A DNA stretch of 64,000 nucleotides from Eukaryota sp. TZLM1-RC. Its lineage: Eukaryota > Protista > Metamonada: BaSk clade. The translations under genes were made by a program, and so were the position numbers. The DNA lies in the NCBI GenBank assembly GCA_040285825.1, contig JAUPSS010000004.1, positions 5,113,784 to 5,177,783 of the forward strand, written 5' to 3'. Below the pieces are notes generated by a model. It saw only the letters and a list, made by a program, of their open reading frames with translations. It ran no database searches and was not told the DNA's origin. Positions 22,830 through 34,443 of this stretch are shown piece by piece. Numbering within the stretch: the first letter of the stretch is position 1; each line of letters begins with the position of its first letter.

Positions 22830-25800
22830 ATTTATCGAATTTGCACACTTAATTGAATTAACTACTATCATTGAGACAAGATTTCCTCTACAAAATCTTG
22901 ATCTGCTTGCTGTCTTGCTAAAGCTTCTCTAATTCGATTGAAAAACCGCGGTAATCTATAATAATGGCAAATTGAATCCGTGAACGCCATAAAAAAATAT
23001 CAAATCTTTTCATTGTTTTTCCTTGAACCATTTTTTGGAAGTCATTCAAATAAGTTTTTGCTTCAACTGATAATCTTCCATTTATCGAAAATGGGAAAGC
23101 AATAAAAACCAGCTGTGTATTTCTATCGACATTAGCCTCTTCAATATCATATTTTCTATGTTTTTCTTTTGCTTTAAAATCCAGAGCAGCCACAGGATTA
23201 AGTTTTCTTCTGTGAACCAAAGTATCGTTTGCAACATTACATGAGACAAAGTCAACAATAGCTTCAGAATTATCAATCCAATCACAGTATACATCACCTC
23301 TATCATCAGAACCAAAATTTTCCAGAGAAAGTGTTTCCTTCAGCAGGGGCTCTTTGATACACGATATTCTTGCAGTTTGTGCCATATTGAAAACAGTGTC
23401 TCTAACAGCATCATGTAATGAAGAACGATAAGTTATCAATTTAGATCAATTCAGAGCATGGCGCAAAGTGAGTTAAGGTGAATTCGAACAAATACATTTT
23501 TCTTTTGATAATAATTGATTAATGGGGATGTTCAAATATAATCTCATTTTTGTTACAAATGCTTCATTAGTGGCACACAATCCAAATCTTCGTGGTACAA
23601 TGGTTACAAAAAGTGAAGAATCTGACGCCTTGTTTTCACAAACACCCTTTTCCAATAACAATGAGTGAAGATCTTGATTTAAAACAGCCGAGCTGCAAAT
23701 ATTATTACAAAGATCTTTTTCATACATTCCAGTCAATCTTTTCTGTAATGTTCGAAGAGTGTACTTCAAATTTAAAACATTTTTTTCTGGAATATTGCCA
23801 TTGAATGATTGGGGAAAACATCGACCCCATTTTTCTACATCAATTCTTGAAATTTCTTCATTTAATGCAAAAACAGTGGAACTTTGCGTTGTCATCAATA
23901 AATCTTCCCAATCTGCAAATCTTTCGGAAAACTCAAAGATTGCATTTCTTCATCCACCAACAAAAGCACACGAGGTAAGAATAGAAGCCTTCGTCCACCC
24001 TAAACCACCATAATGTGGACTAAGGTAAGCATGATCTGGAATTTGAAACATTTTACATCCCAGTAATTGAGACAGAACTTTTGCACGTAACTCATTAAAC
24101 TTTTGAGCCAAAGGTCTAGTGACGAGAGGATTTGTAGATCGAAATATATGATTAAAATTGGAACTAAAACACAGTCTTATAATGGTAAATTTGATGTGTT
24201 TTTTTATATCTAAATTCATCATTCGGTCAATTTTGTCAGAAATTGAGTTCAACTTTTCAAAAAATTTTTGGTAATTTCATCATTATTTCCTAAAAACGAA
24301 CCCAGATGACGAATAGCATCAATTGAATATAATTTGGCTTGAATTTCAATATCATCAATTATTGTGGAAACTGGAGAATTCGATAACAAAACACATTTAA
24401 GTAAATTAAATCGGAGACCAATTTTGGTAAATAATTCTTTAAAACATACAGTTGCTTTTTTCACAATATTTAAATCACCAATAAGCACAACATCATCCAT
24501 ATATGCAATCATTTTTAGTAAAGGAAACATCTCTTGAATTTGCAGTAGAATAGGATGAATGGCCAAACAAAACAAAAGAGGTCCTAACGGATCTCCTTGC
24601 TTTACGCCACTTGATGAACTCAAAATGTTGTTACCAAAATGTAAATTAGAATATGTGCAATATGTTTGAAAATATGGTATTAATTCCGGCATATATTGCA
24701 ATAAAGCACCATGGATACTGCGACGACTTAGTGAATTGAAAGCATTACTAAAATCCAATGACATTGGATTGCAAACATTGCAAACATTGGATTCATTTTG
24801 ACGAAATAAGACATCAGTAGCAAAAATCGCTGAAGAGACTCCATCTGTAGTATTTATACCATATTGAAAGGGTAATAAAATCTTTTTAGCTTTTTCATTG
24901 AACCTGCTTAAGCAACACGCAGAAAAAATATTGTGTAAGCTCTCAGAGACTGCAATAGGACGAACATCCATTTTTGAATTTTTGACAAGTGCAGTCAAAC
25001 GAGAACTTCTTAATTCATCTGGATATCTGAGTTGCCCGTTCAATATTTTGTTGAAAAATTTAGTCAATAAACCAAGGCAATCTTCTGAAGAAATCATCGC
25101 GGCTTTTACATGATCAATAGTAATACCAGAAAGTCCGGCAGACTTACCACGAGGTCTCTTTTTGATAACCGAAAAAACTTGTGATGGCATCAATGGATAA
25201 TTTTCCCAGTATGTGCCGTAAAAATTTTGATCCATTATAGGGTCTTCATAAGGATGAAGTATTTTCAGTTTATCTATTGTATTTTCATTGTTCGGTGCTT
25301 TAACTCCGGGACTTAAAGCTGACAAGGCCTTGGACCATTTGTTGTCAAAGCATTTGTCTTCAAAAATTTTACTTAATTTCTCGGATGACTGAGTTCTCGG
25401 TGCTATATTAGTTAAATCTTCGGAAATATTAACGAAGTTTTGTTCAAAAGCAGGACAAAAAGAACCGAAAAATTCCCAAATAATATTGATAGCATACTTT
25501 CCTTTACACAATTGATCCAAAAATCTTTGAAAAACGAAAGCAAATTCATTGCATTTGGTCGGATGAATTTCTTGAGGTATTCTTATAGGAGGATGGTAGT
25601 TATCAACTATGCGGCATTTCAAGCAGCGGTCAGAAGTTTTTCCTTTTGCATTTTTTCTAAAAGAAATACCACAAGTGTTGCAAGTTTTGTGCTTTAATCG
25701 GTTGCCAACTGGTTTTGCAACAATTTGTGGAGCATTATTTAGGGGTTCTACCTTAGACTCTTTCCTTCTAATAAATTTTCTTTTACATTTTGTTTCAGAA

Positions 25801-26110
25801 TTTGCCGCATCAATTTTTCCAACATTGGGGCATGTTAGAGCATTATGTCCCTGTTGTCGACACTTTGAGCATCTGTAGGAGCGTGGCTTTGTTTTTGAAC
25901 AAACTTTGTTTTCATCGTGATTGTCTAAAAATTCTTGATCAGAATTTTTTTTGTCCAAAAATGAAGAGAGAAGAGGTTGAGGAGGAGAGGTGGAAAGGAC
26001 GTCTTGAGCATCTTGTTGACTATCGTTCTTTCTTTTGACTCCATTAGAATCAGAAACTGATTCAGGCATCAACAAGAAAGAATAGAAGCAATCATCTCGG
26101 TTCAGCAAGG
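22830..26110 (-). mobile_element. Longest family A non-LTR copy (N-terminal CCHC knuckle, RT, RLE), disrupted
   Basis: CSKCRQQGHNALTCP knuckle, RT YMDD and RLE domain, split into ORFs 24249-26108, 23950-24252, 23473-23898 and 22918-23439 by stops/frameshifts. Confidence 0.92.
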
Positions 26111-26154
26111 TTTTAAGTTAAACGGTTATATGTAGAGGAAGAAAAAAAATTGTC

Positions 26155-26680
26155 TTGGTTAATAAACCAAGACAATCCTATGAAGAAATAATTGCGGCTT
26201 TAACATGATCGATAGTAATACCAGAAAGTCCGGCAGACTTACCGCGTGGTCTCTTTTTTATCACTGAAAATACTTCTGATGGCATCAATGGATATTTTTC
26301 CCAGTAAGAGCCGTAAAAATTTTGATCCACTATAGGGTCTTCATAAGGATGAAGTATTTTTAGTTTATCTATTGTATTTTCATTGTTGGATGCTTTAACT
26401 CCGGGGCTTAAAGCTGACAAAGCCTTGCACCATTTGTTGTCAAAGCATTCGTCTTCAAAAATTTTACTTAATTTCTCGGATGACTGATTTCTCGGTGCTA
26501 TATTAGTTGAATCTTCGGAATTATTTACGAAATGTTGTTCAAAAGGAGGACAAAAAGAACCAAAAAATTCCCAAAGAATATTGATAACATATTTTCCTTT
26601 ACATAATTGATCCAAAAATCTTTTAAAAACGAAAGCAAATTCATTGCATTTTGACGGATGAATTCCTTGAGGTATTTTTA
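26155..26680 (-). mobile_element. Internal fragment of family A non-LTR element
   Basis: 145 aa ORF is a diverged copy of the pre-RT region at ~25070-25580. Confidence 0.85.
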
Positions 26681-27552
26681 TGGTATTTTTACAACAAACA
26701 TCAAATTATATATTTTCATATCCAAAATTAGCCAAAAAGAATTTACTGGAGACTTTTCTCCCGTAAAAACCTCCAAGCAGTTACAGAGCAGAAGATAGTA
26801 AGAGTACAACACCTTTGAGAATTAAAAATATTATTCTATTCTTCCAAGAAACCTGATCAAAAACTTTTTTTGTTAACTGTTTCATAAAATTACAGAGACA
26901 GTTTATAATTTTTATGCTGATTGAGCATTCAACTGAAAGCAACCTCTCCATTGAAAAACATCTTTTTAAAATGTCAGGTTGTTATATCAGCGAATTGCTG
27001 ATGTCGGTATTTTGTATTAAATGAATACATTAATCAACTTGTAAATCAACATTCGAATATTACATCTCTCCAAATCCAAATCAACAAGATGCAACTCTCC
27101 AATGGTATTGCTTTAATTCGTGAATGGGTGGAGACAGAAGAAGATATCTCACAAAATGATCAGGTATAAGATGACAGTTCAAGGACTACTGCTTGAGATT
27201 GAACAGAAAGTTGTGTTGACTTCGAACTGTACCTCAAGTTTCATTATTCTGCATGGAAATTGATTATACCAATCGACCAAACCGTTGTTACACTGTAGGT
27301 GCATACACTCACAATGCACACTTGGGGTAACCATCATTTCATCAACGAATGATCACTCAATTTCAATTACTTTGTTAGGAAACAATGATGCCAATTGTTT
27401 CAATGAACCTAACAAGTGTGTAAATGCAATAAATTGACGTAAATCACATTCAAGCAAAATTCCTTTATGAAAGTGAAACTATTGAATAAGAAGCAAGAAA
27501 GCACAAGTTGTCTGATACACATATAACCACAAAAAACTAAAACTGAAACAAA

Positions 27553-28272
27553 TTAAATCATACGAGCGATGAGAGCGTTGATGAGTTCCTCTCTGTTTCC
27601 GTTTTGTCCTCCTTCAATAAAGTGACGACGCTTGTTATCGATACCACCACGAGGAGAGTTAAGTTTGAAAGGCCACAAGAAGCGGTTGACTTCAGTGAAC
27701 TTTTGACCACCAGTGAAGATTTCATGAACCATGTCTTCGAAACAGATGACATTGTGTTGTCCAAGGTGTTTTTCAATAAGAGCGTTATCGTGGATAGGAA
27801 TGCGTTGGTTGTTGATCTTAGCGAAACCTCTCTTGTAAATGAGGTGGCGAACAGACTTAAGGGAAGGATAACCATAAGCAATGTATGGTTCGACAAGACG
27901 GAGCATGTTCATAGTAGCCTTGTTGATCTTCACAAAAACACCGTTGAAGATTTGTCTTAGTCTGAGGAGTTGCAAAATCTTACGGCTTCTGGGATCAATA
28001 TCATTGATACCACGGATACGGACAACGAAGGCGACCTTAGCTTCAGCAGGGACGAAAAATTGACCCTTAGCTTCGGCATCCCGTCTGGCTTGAATGGCGG
28101 CTTTTTGGGATTCTTGGTATTCAGTTTCGTAAGCCTCAGCACGCTTGAAAGCTTCCTCGCGTTGAACAGCACGGTGTTCACGATCTTGCTTAATTTCAGC
28201 GGTACGCTCTTCAGTGTGTGCGGCTTGGCGCCTCTGGTGCTTGCGAAGCGATTCTGGGGTAGGAACAGGCAT
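27553..28272 (-). CDS. RPL7: 60S ribosomal protein L7 (uL30)
   Basis: PES...[43 protein letters not shown]. Likely start is the ATG at 28272. Confidence 0.97.
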   Translation of the reverse strand: MPVPTPESLRKHQRRQAAHTEERTAEIKQDREHRAVQREEAFKRAEAYETEYQESQKAAIQARRDAEAKGQFFVPAEAKVAFVVRIRGINDIDPRSRKILQLLRLRQIFNGVFVKINKATMNMLRLVEPYIAYGYPSLKSVRHLIYKRGFAKINNQRIPIHDNALIEKHLGQHNVICFEDMVHEIFTGGQKFTEVNRFLWPFKLNSPRGGIDNKRRHFIEGGQNGNREELINALIARMI

Positions 28273-28529
28273 GTCTTCAATGAGTGTGTGTAAAAAAGGA
28301 CAAACCTGAAGAGGGAAAAAGGAAGGCCTGACTTTCTCTCTCATTCATTCGAATCTCTCTCTACACAATATAGCGGTATCTCACACTCCACATCGCTTAA
28401 CTGTTGGTAATGACTGGGTTCATATACAGCTATCTAAATTATGTTCACTGGATTGATTGTACAGTTATTAACTTTCCAACATGCAAGATTCATACTATAA
28501 CAAACACTTATGTCGATTTATTTACATGG

Positions 28530-30728
28530 TTATCGTGATGATTTTTTCATTGATAACTTTTTTAGAGATCTGGCACCTTTGCCTATATTCATCTCCTTCT
28601 TCATTTTTTTGAGAAACACAGATGCAGATTTCTTGGACGAATCTTGAAATGTGGACTTTAACTCATTCAGTCGTGCATCATTCACTAACAATTTTGTCTC
28701 TGAAATTCCATTCAAAATACCCACCACTTCTGCACATAATTCTTGTCCAAGAACGGGTTTAAATCCGCATAAATAAGTTAGAATAACAACAATATAGTTG
28801 ACTACCAAAGATGCGGTTGTTTCTGAGTGTGCGAAAGGCTTTCGTAAACAATTCTTAAATAATGGAATAAGGAGCTGTGAAGTAATGTGAACAACATGAT
28901 CTTGATGAACAGTAGCATCATCAGAACTTGTTATGCTGTCCAATATGACTGTTACCTCTGACAACAATCCTTTGATAGGATCAGTTGGTAATATCTCTCC
29001 ATTTGTTAAAACATTAATCACTTCGAGAGCCCTACAGCTTGTGGATTCCACGAAGCACATTGCTGCAATTATACGTCCAGCAAGATTTGTTATTGCTGTA
29101 TCTGACGAGGAAAAACATTGTGTAACAATATCAAACAGTTTTCCACTATATCTAGTAACAATAAATGGATGTCTGCACAAGAATAAAACACAATTCAAAG
29201 CAACCCCTGAAACATCACTACCCTCCACCACCATTCCGCATAAGTTCTGCATCATAGTGTGAAGAAGATTAGCACTGTTGAACGAAACTATAGCTTCCAG
29301 CGTTGCCTCAATACTTGGAAAATCCTCCAGTGCCCAACCATCGTCTCCTTGCATCATAGATTTAAACAGAGATGAAAGAAACGTGCTTGTTGAGTCATAG
29401 TGTATAATAAAGAATGGCAAGAGTGACTCTTTGATAGTCAAATTAGAATTCATCATAGCTTTTCTGATTTCTTTGGAGAAACAATCTGAAAAACTACTAT
29501 TACGTGATGATGTAAGTAGCATAACGTTGTCCCAAGCACTCGTCGTTGACATTGCTTTCAACTGAACAATCCTAGGGATGATTGATGTTGTTATAAGAGA
29601 AAACAGAGGTTCTGTTAGTGCAGCACCATGCTTTAATATTGTGTCTATATTGTCAACAATTGTGGCTTTAGGTACTTCACAATTTGATTTCTCTAGAAAC
29701 GCACCAAACAGCGACTTCAAGAAAGAAGAAAGGTTAGAAGGGCACGGAAAACACTGCAAGTATCTCTCTATGAACCCACACAAAGAGTTGATAAACTCTG
29801 GTTGTATATCGCTCAAAATATGACGAGATATTACGTCAGAAAAAGCATTATCAAAGACTGCAAAATCATGTTCTTGTGGTGGTCTTTTTGATAAGAGTAG
29901 TGTTAATATAGAAAATTTCTGTGCAATATGTAATTCATTTAAATTTAGTATATAATGTAATGCTTTGATAAAATAAGTATCTGACAAATAAAACAAAACA
30001 AGAGCCTTAGAGTAACAATCAAGCAAATTAGGATCAGAAATGGTTATTTTTGAGCTAATGACCTCATAAAGGGTTGAAAAAGGATCATCTACGAATAAAC
30101 TAAAATGTTCAAACTTAGATTCCAAAAAATCAAAAAATAAATCAGATGATACAAAATCTGGGGATGAGCATAATAAAATTATTGCAGTATTAATAAAATT
30201 TTCGGGAGATTTAAATGATTGTGAATTCATATATAAATTAATAATAAATTTACGAACATCTAGTCCAATATTTGTACTAGTTAGTGATATTAAAAGCTCA
30301 AAAGGGGGCTCAATAATGTCCTCTTGAGAAGTTATTTCTGAGGACTTTAATTGACTTTCTGTTGGTTTCTTTGCAGTTTCAATTAGTTCAGTTAATAAGG
30401 GAGCAGGTGGAAGACTTCCAGAGACTTCTTGCGAAAGTGTTAGCGCAGCCAATGATAGTCCTTGTGAATCCAGATAGTTCTTGATGGATGAGAGTAAGAT
30501 TAGATCAGGAGAAGAAGTCGTAGCGGTGTTATTTGTAGACTTGGTAACAGGAGCTGAAGGGGTGCTGTGGGAAGAAGATACCGTATTATATGTGTTCTGG
30601 AAGTAGGACCGAAGCTTGGGAGCCTCTTCATTGATAAAAGAGAGTTCCTGAACAAATTCCAATGCTGTAAGAGGGAATGACTCAATATTGTCATACAGAA
30701 AGTCAGCAAATTGAGTAGATGTAGGCAT
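28530..30728 (-). CDS. RELCH/KIAA1468-like LisH + HEAT-repeat protein
   Basis: N-terminal FPLTALEFVQEL...PKLRSYFQN and LisH-like IKNYLDSQGLSLAALTLSQEV resemble the RELCH N-terminus. First ATG is at 30728. Confidence 0.65.
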   Translation of the reverse strand: MPTSTQFADFLYDNIESFPLTALEFVQELSFINEEAPKLRSYFQNTYNTVSSSHSTPSAPVTKSTNNTATTSSPDLILLSSIKNYLDSQGLSLAALTLSQEVSGSLPPAPLLTELIETAKKPTESQLKSSEITSQEDIIEPPFELLISLTSTNIGLDVRKFIINLYMNSQSFKSPENFINTAIILLCSSPDFVSSDLFFDFLESKFEHFSLFVDDPFSTLYEVISSKITISDPNLLDCYSKALVLFYLSDTYFIKALHYILNLNELHIAQKFSILTLLLSKRPPQEHDFAVFDNAFSDVISRHILSDIQPEFINSLCGFIERYLQCFPCPSNLSSFLKSLFGAFLEKSNCEVPKATIVDNIDTILKHGAALTEPLFSLITTSIIPRIVQLKAMSTTSAWDNVMLLTSSRNSSFSDCFSKEIRKAMMNSNLTIKESLLPFFIIHYDSTSTFLSSLFKSMMQGDDGWALEDFPSIEATLEAIVSFNSANLLHTMMQNLCGMVVEGSDVSGVALNCVLFLCRHPFIVTRYSGKLFDIVTQCFSSSDTAITNLAGRIIAAMCFVESTSCRALEVINVLTNGEILPTDPIKGLLSEVTVILDSITSSDDATVHQDHVVHITSQLLIPLFKNCLRKPFAHSETTASLVVNYIVVILTYLCGFKPVLGQELCAEVVGILNGISETKLLVNDARLNELKSTFQDSSKKSASVFLKKMKKEMNIGKGARSLKKLSMKKSSR

Positions 30729-30848
30729 ATTGAGCTGTGAGCCGTGATCTGCAATATTTATATCCAAGAAATTGTTAAGTTCAAACTTGTTTACGTGAGA
30801 AATTCCCACAAGATCACGATCAATTTTCGTGTGGAATAATTGCAAAAA

Positions 30849-33012
30849 CTATCTACTAGACAGATACTGAGGCCTTTCATTACCACTCATTCTGGCTTCA
30901 GCAATTGCAAACATATTGAGACAGGCCAGCTTATTTCTATTGGAAAGCTCTGGTGAACCCTTGTTACTCAGTTTGCAACTCTCACTGTTACAAGCTAATA
31001 AACCATGACATGACATGTAGTAACATGAGTCTTTTCTCTTCTATAGCATCTGGGATTTGTTACTCTCAAAAACGTAGCAACCTTTTCAAAACAAACAGGA
31101 CATTTTGCTGAAGTGAACGCTTCATTAATCAGCAATACTTCAAATCCATTTCTTTTCAGAAATTGAATCCATCCAATGCCTCGAGTAGGTCTCTGATGTT
31201 TCAAATTCTTGGAACCTTTTTTACCATAATCACCCATTAGAATTAAAGTGTCTTTTGGATTGCCAAACTGCTCAACAAGGCTTTTTAACAACCAACTTTC
31301 AGTCTTTTGTTTGTGAATAAAAGCTTGCATCTTATGAATGCTCCACAAGTCAAGACTGATGCTGAACTGGCAGCAAATGCGGACAATTCGGCGTTTGCAT
31401 CTTCAATTGTCGTTTCGTTAGACTCTTTCATTCGGTGCCTGTCGTAATCTACCCCAGTATACTGTGTAGCCCATCGTTTTTGTTTTTCATTCATCCTAAT
31501 TTTCAAAGACCAGGACATCGGAGTCATTCTCAACCATTTGTACTTCTTGTCTTGATTCATCACCCGACTATTTCTTTGCTGTTCAATTTCATGTTCAGGC
31601 ACTATGGCTAGTTCTTCATCAGTGTTTTTGCTGCCAAAATACAATAAATCACGTTTTCTAGGATCACAAACAACAATTCGTTTGTCTTGAAAAGTATCAA
31701 CATCAACATCATCAATAAATAAATCAGCAATACTGGCCTTGTTGTCTGGCTTACATTTCTGACCTTGTTAATCCCGACGAACAAATTCTACTGCAATATT
31801 AAATCCATCTGTGTGGATAATGTTGTTGAATTTATAGCTCTTCTGCTTGAACATTGGTTGGTTTAAATCTAGAATATTAGACCAAAAGTCAAATTGCTGA
31901 GGTGGTTTGAATTTCGTAATTTGGGCTAACGTGATGGACATTTTCTGCGTCTGTGTAGATGATAAATCATCCATTAATGTTTGTTAAATAATTCTCCATA
32001 TTGTTCTTGTATCAATAGGAAAATATCCAGGACCTACAGTGGTTGAAACAGGAGAAATATGATAACGTTTTTTCTCTCTATTGGAGAAATATTGGGCAAT
32101 TGTAATTGCTGGTTTTAGGAATTATTGAGGATCTTTTTCAACAGCGTCTGCAAGAAAATGTATATCCACTGGAAATATATTATCAACTAAATTCTCGTCA
32201 GTGACCAAATTCTCAATTTGGCAAGTAAATGGCTCAATAAGACCTTCAAATATGTCTCTAAGTTCATTGTTTCTTATATCATGTTGTTCACATAAATCGA
32301 AAATTTCATCATTCAGAAGGTTTCAAATATTTTCATGATGAAACACAGAACTCAAGCAATCTCTATCATTAACTAAAAACATGTTTTTGAATTTACGAAG
32401 CCTAAATCCATCCAGTGAAATAATTGTAGATAATGGCGTTGAGTATCCACCCAGCTTGTGTATTTCTGCTAACACGTTTTCCACATCTGGTTTGTCAAAG
32501 TAAACATTAATAAATCGATTAATATGTTTTTCATAATTTAGTTTCAAATTATTCTCAAAATTGGCAAACATTACTGGAGCCATATACTCAGGTGGTCTAC
32601 TGAAGCCATCAGTTGAAAATTGTGGAAAAAACTCCAGCCCATATCTCAAATGGTCTATATAACTCAATGTTTTGTTCAACTTTTGTTGTTCAAAGGTAGT
32701 CGATAATCTATAATGTCCTTCACCATAATCAAAGTCTTCAAAATCCTGTGGAAATGCACTTTTTGGTTTCACCATCTTTTGCCCCATAATACTCAGCTGA
32801 AATATAACGAATTTTGCCCATGAATGAATCATATAATTGGCAGATATTCGTGGTATTAAAAAATTACGTTCAAAACAAGACTGTAAATACAGCTTTAAGC
32901 AACATGTGGCGTGAATTCGTAATTGTTGAAATTTTACAGCAGTTTCTCTCAATTTAAGTATCGCATTTGAATGTTTAACCATTGAGTTGACGGTTGCTGG
33001 AATGGTTTTATA
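30849..33012 (-). pseudogene. Fanzor1-type RNA-guided RuvC nuclease gene (Fanzor A), disrupted
   Basis: Manual translation gives YKTIPATV...IHATCCLKLYL, FENNLKLNYEKHINRFINV, PGYFPIDT, IHTDG, RuvC-I VVCDPRKRDLLY, FGNP...LMGDY, RuvC-II INEAFTSAKCPVC, NPR, HGLLAC...C, RuvC-III NRNKLACLNM and C-terminal GNERPQYLSSR*. There are 4 in-frame stops, one frameshift near 31350 and a 5-bp TGTCA duplication near 31010. Confidence 0.9.
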
Positions 33013-33044
33013 AGATGATAAAATAAATATGTCTTTCTGAAACA

Positions 33045-33650
33045 TCACGAAAAGTTTCAGACAAAGGATACAATCATGAAGCCCATAATGAATTGAATTT
33101 TGTATCAGAGGAGAAGTAGCTAAACAATCAATTGGCACAATATGGAAAAATTCCTGATGAAGTTTGATTTTCTTTTCATTTTTCATTCTATGTGCCTGAT
33201 TGCCTAATACATGTCAAAATCAAGATGCAGTAAATTGTGATTAAGACAACAATGGGGTTGATGATGATGAACCTGTGAAGCAAGATTTTTTCGTCAGGGA
33301 ACATTTCTGCCTGAACATACATATCAATGTCTGCTAATCTGATTTGAGGACTCATTCTCAATATAAGTGAATATTTGCTCTCCAAACAGAAATTATGGTG
33401 GTCAAACTTACAAATAACAATCGAAATTAAAAACACTTTTTGATTTGAAATCCACTCACCCATTTGCTCATCAGTTTTCTTTTTCAAAAGATTTGCTCCC
33501 TCTTTTCTCTTCTTGTTGATAATCTCATCAGGAGGGAGAAATTGGCCATCATGATTTTGGTAAAGATGACCATGCTGATAGGTTTCAAGATCAAAGCACA
33601 TAACAGTAGGAAGATTTTGATTTGGGGTCAAAGATTTGAATTGAATCAAT
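33045..33650 (-). pseudogene. PolB-type DEDDy 3'-5' exonuclease domain directly upstream of, and partly in frame with, Fanzor A
   Basis: ExoI VMCFDLETY (D at 33592), FPDEKILLHRF, ExoII-like NHNLLHLDFD in a shifted frame (~33210-33242) and ExoIII HYGLHD (33073-33090) within the same ORF (32323-33186) as the Fanzor N-terminus. Confidence 0.7.
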
Positions 33651-33894
33651 GGATCAGGCTTGAAGCCACTACGACTTGGCTCATTTTTTTGACCTTACTC
33701 AATAGGTTTCAATGGTTTTTTTCTCAAAAATTTCCTTGTTCTCGATATTCAACATTGTAGTCTCAATACAAATTTTTTTGGTTCAATGCTTTTTGTTGTT
33801 TTTTTAGCTTGCGCTTTGATGTTTGTTGGTCAAAAATCGCATTTCTAATGATTTTTGATGGAGGAGTTGATTTAAAATTAGATCTTCTGTTTCT

Positions 33895-33936
33895 GGGACC
33901 AGGATTTGCTTAAACATCTCCATCCATTGTTAAATC
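33895..33936 (-). other. 2A/StopGo ribosome-skipping peptide motif (Glu codon position is TAA)
   Basis: GAT TTA ACA ATG GAT GGA GAT GTT TAA GCA AAT CCT GGT CCC = DLTMDGDV*ANPGP; the consensus is D(V/I)ExNPGP. Confidence 0.75.
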
Positions 33937-33994
33937 AACAGTAAATGGGTTTGTTGATAGACGATGTTGGCAGCTACTGGATTGAAAAAATAAA

Positions 33995-34443
33995 TAATAG
34001 AGATAATAAAACTCAACATATTCAAAATAACAATTCAAGACACAACATCCCGTATCTAAAGTGCAAGAATCTAAAGCAGAAAAATGAACAAACTCATAAA
34101 CATCAAAACAAAAATGTAAAAAAAACATATACAAAAGAAACATCCCACATCTACAGTACCACTACGTAAACCACAAAAAACAACAAACTGAAAAACATCA
34201 AGACAACAATTCAAAACAAAACACAAACAAGAAAAACTTCCCACATTGAACGAGCAAGTGCCTAAACCAGAAAAATCAACAAAATCAAAAACATCAAAGT
34301 AACAACAATGTAAAACAAAAAACAAACAAGAACAACATCCCATATCTACAGTACAAATGGCTAAACCACAAAAACAACAAACTCAATAACATAAAAATAA
34401 CAATTCAAAACAAAACACAAAGCAGAACATCGCGTATCCAAGG
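33995..34443. repeat. Degenerate ~96-99 bp tandem repeat, ~4.5 copies
   Basis: CATCCC(A/G)YATCT-like and TAAACCA(C/G)AAAAA-like motifs recur at ~95-99 bp spacing. Confidence 0.8.

Noticed and set aside
33995-34443. CRISPR-like array next to an RNA-guided nuclease
   Set aside because: Units are degenerate along their whole length, with no constant repeat and unique spacer alternation.
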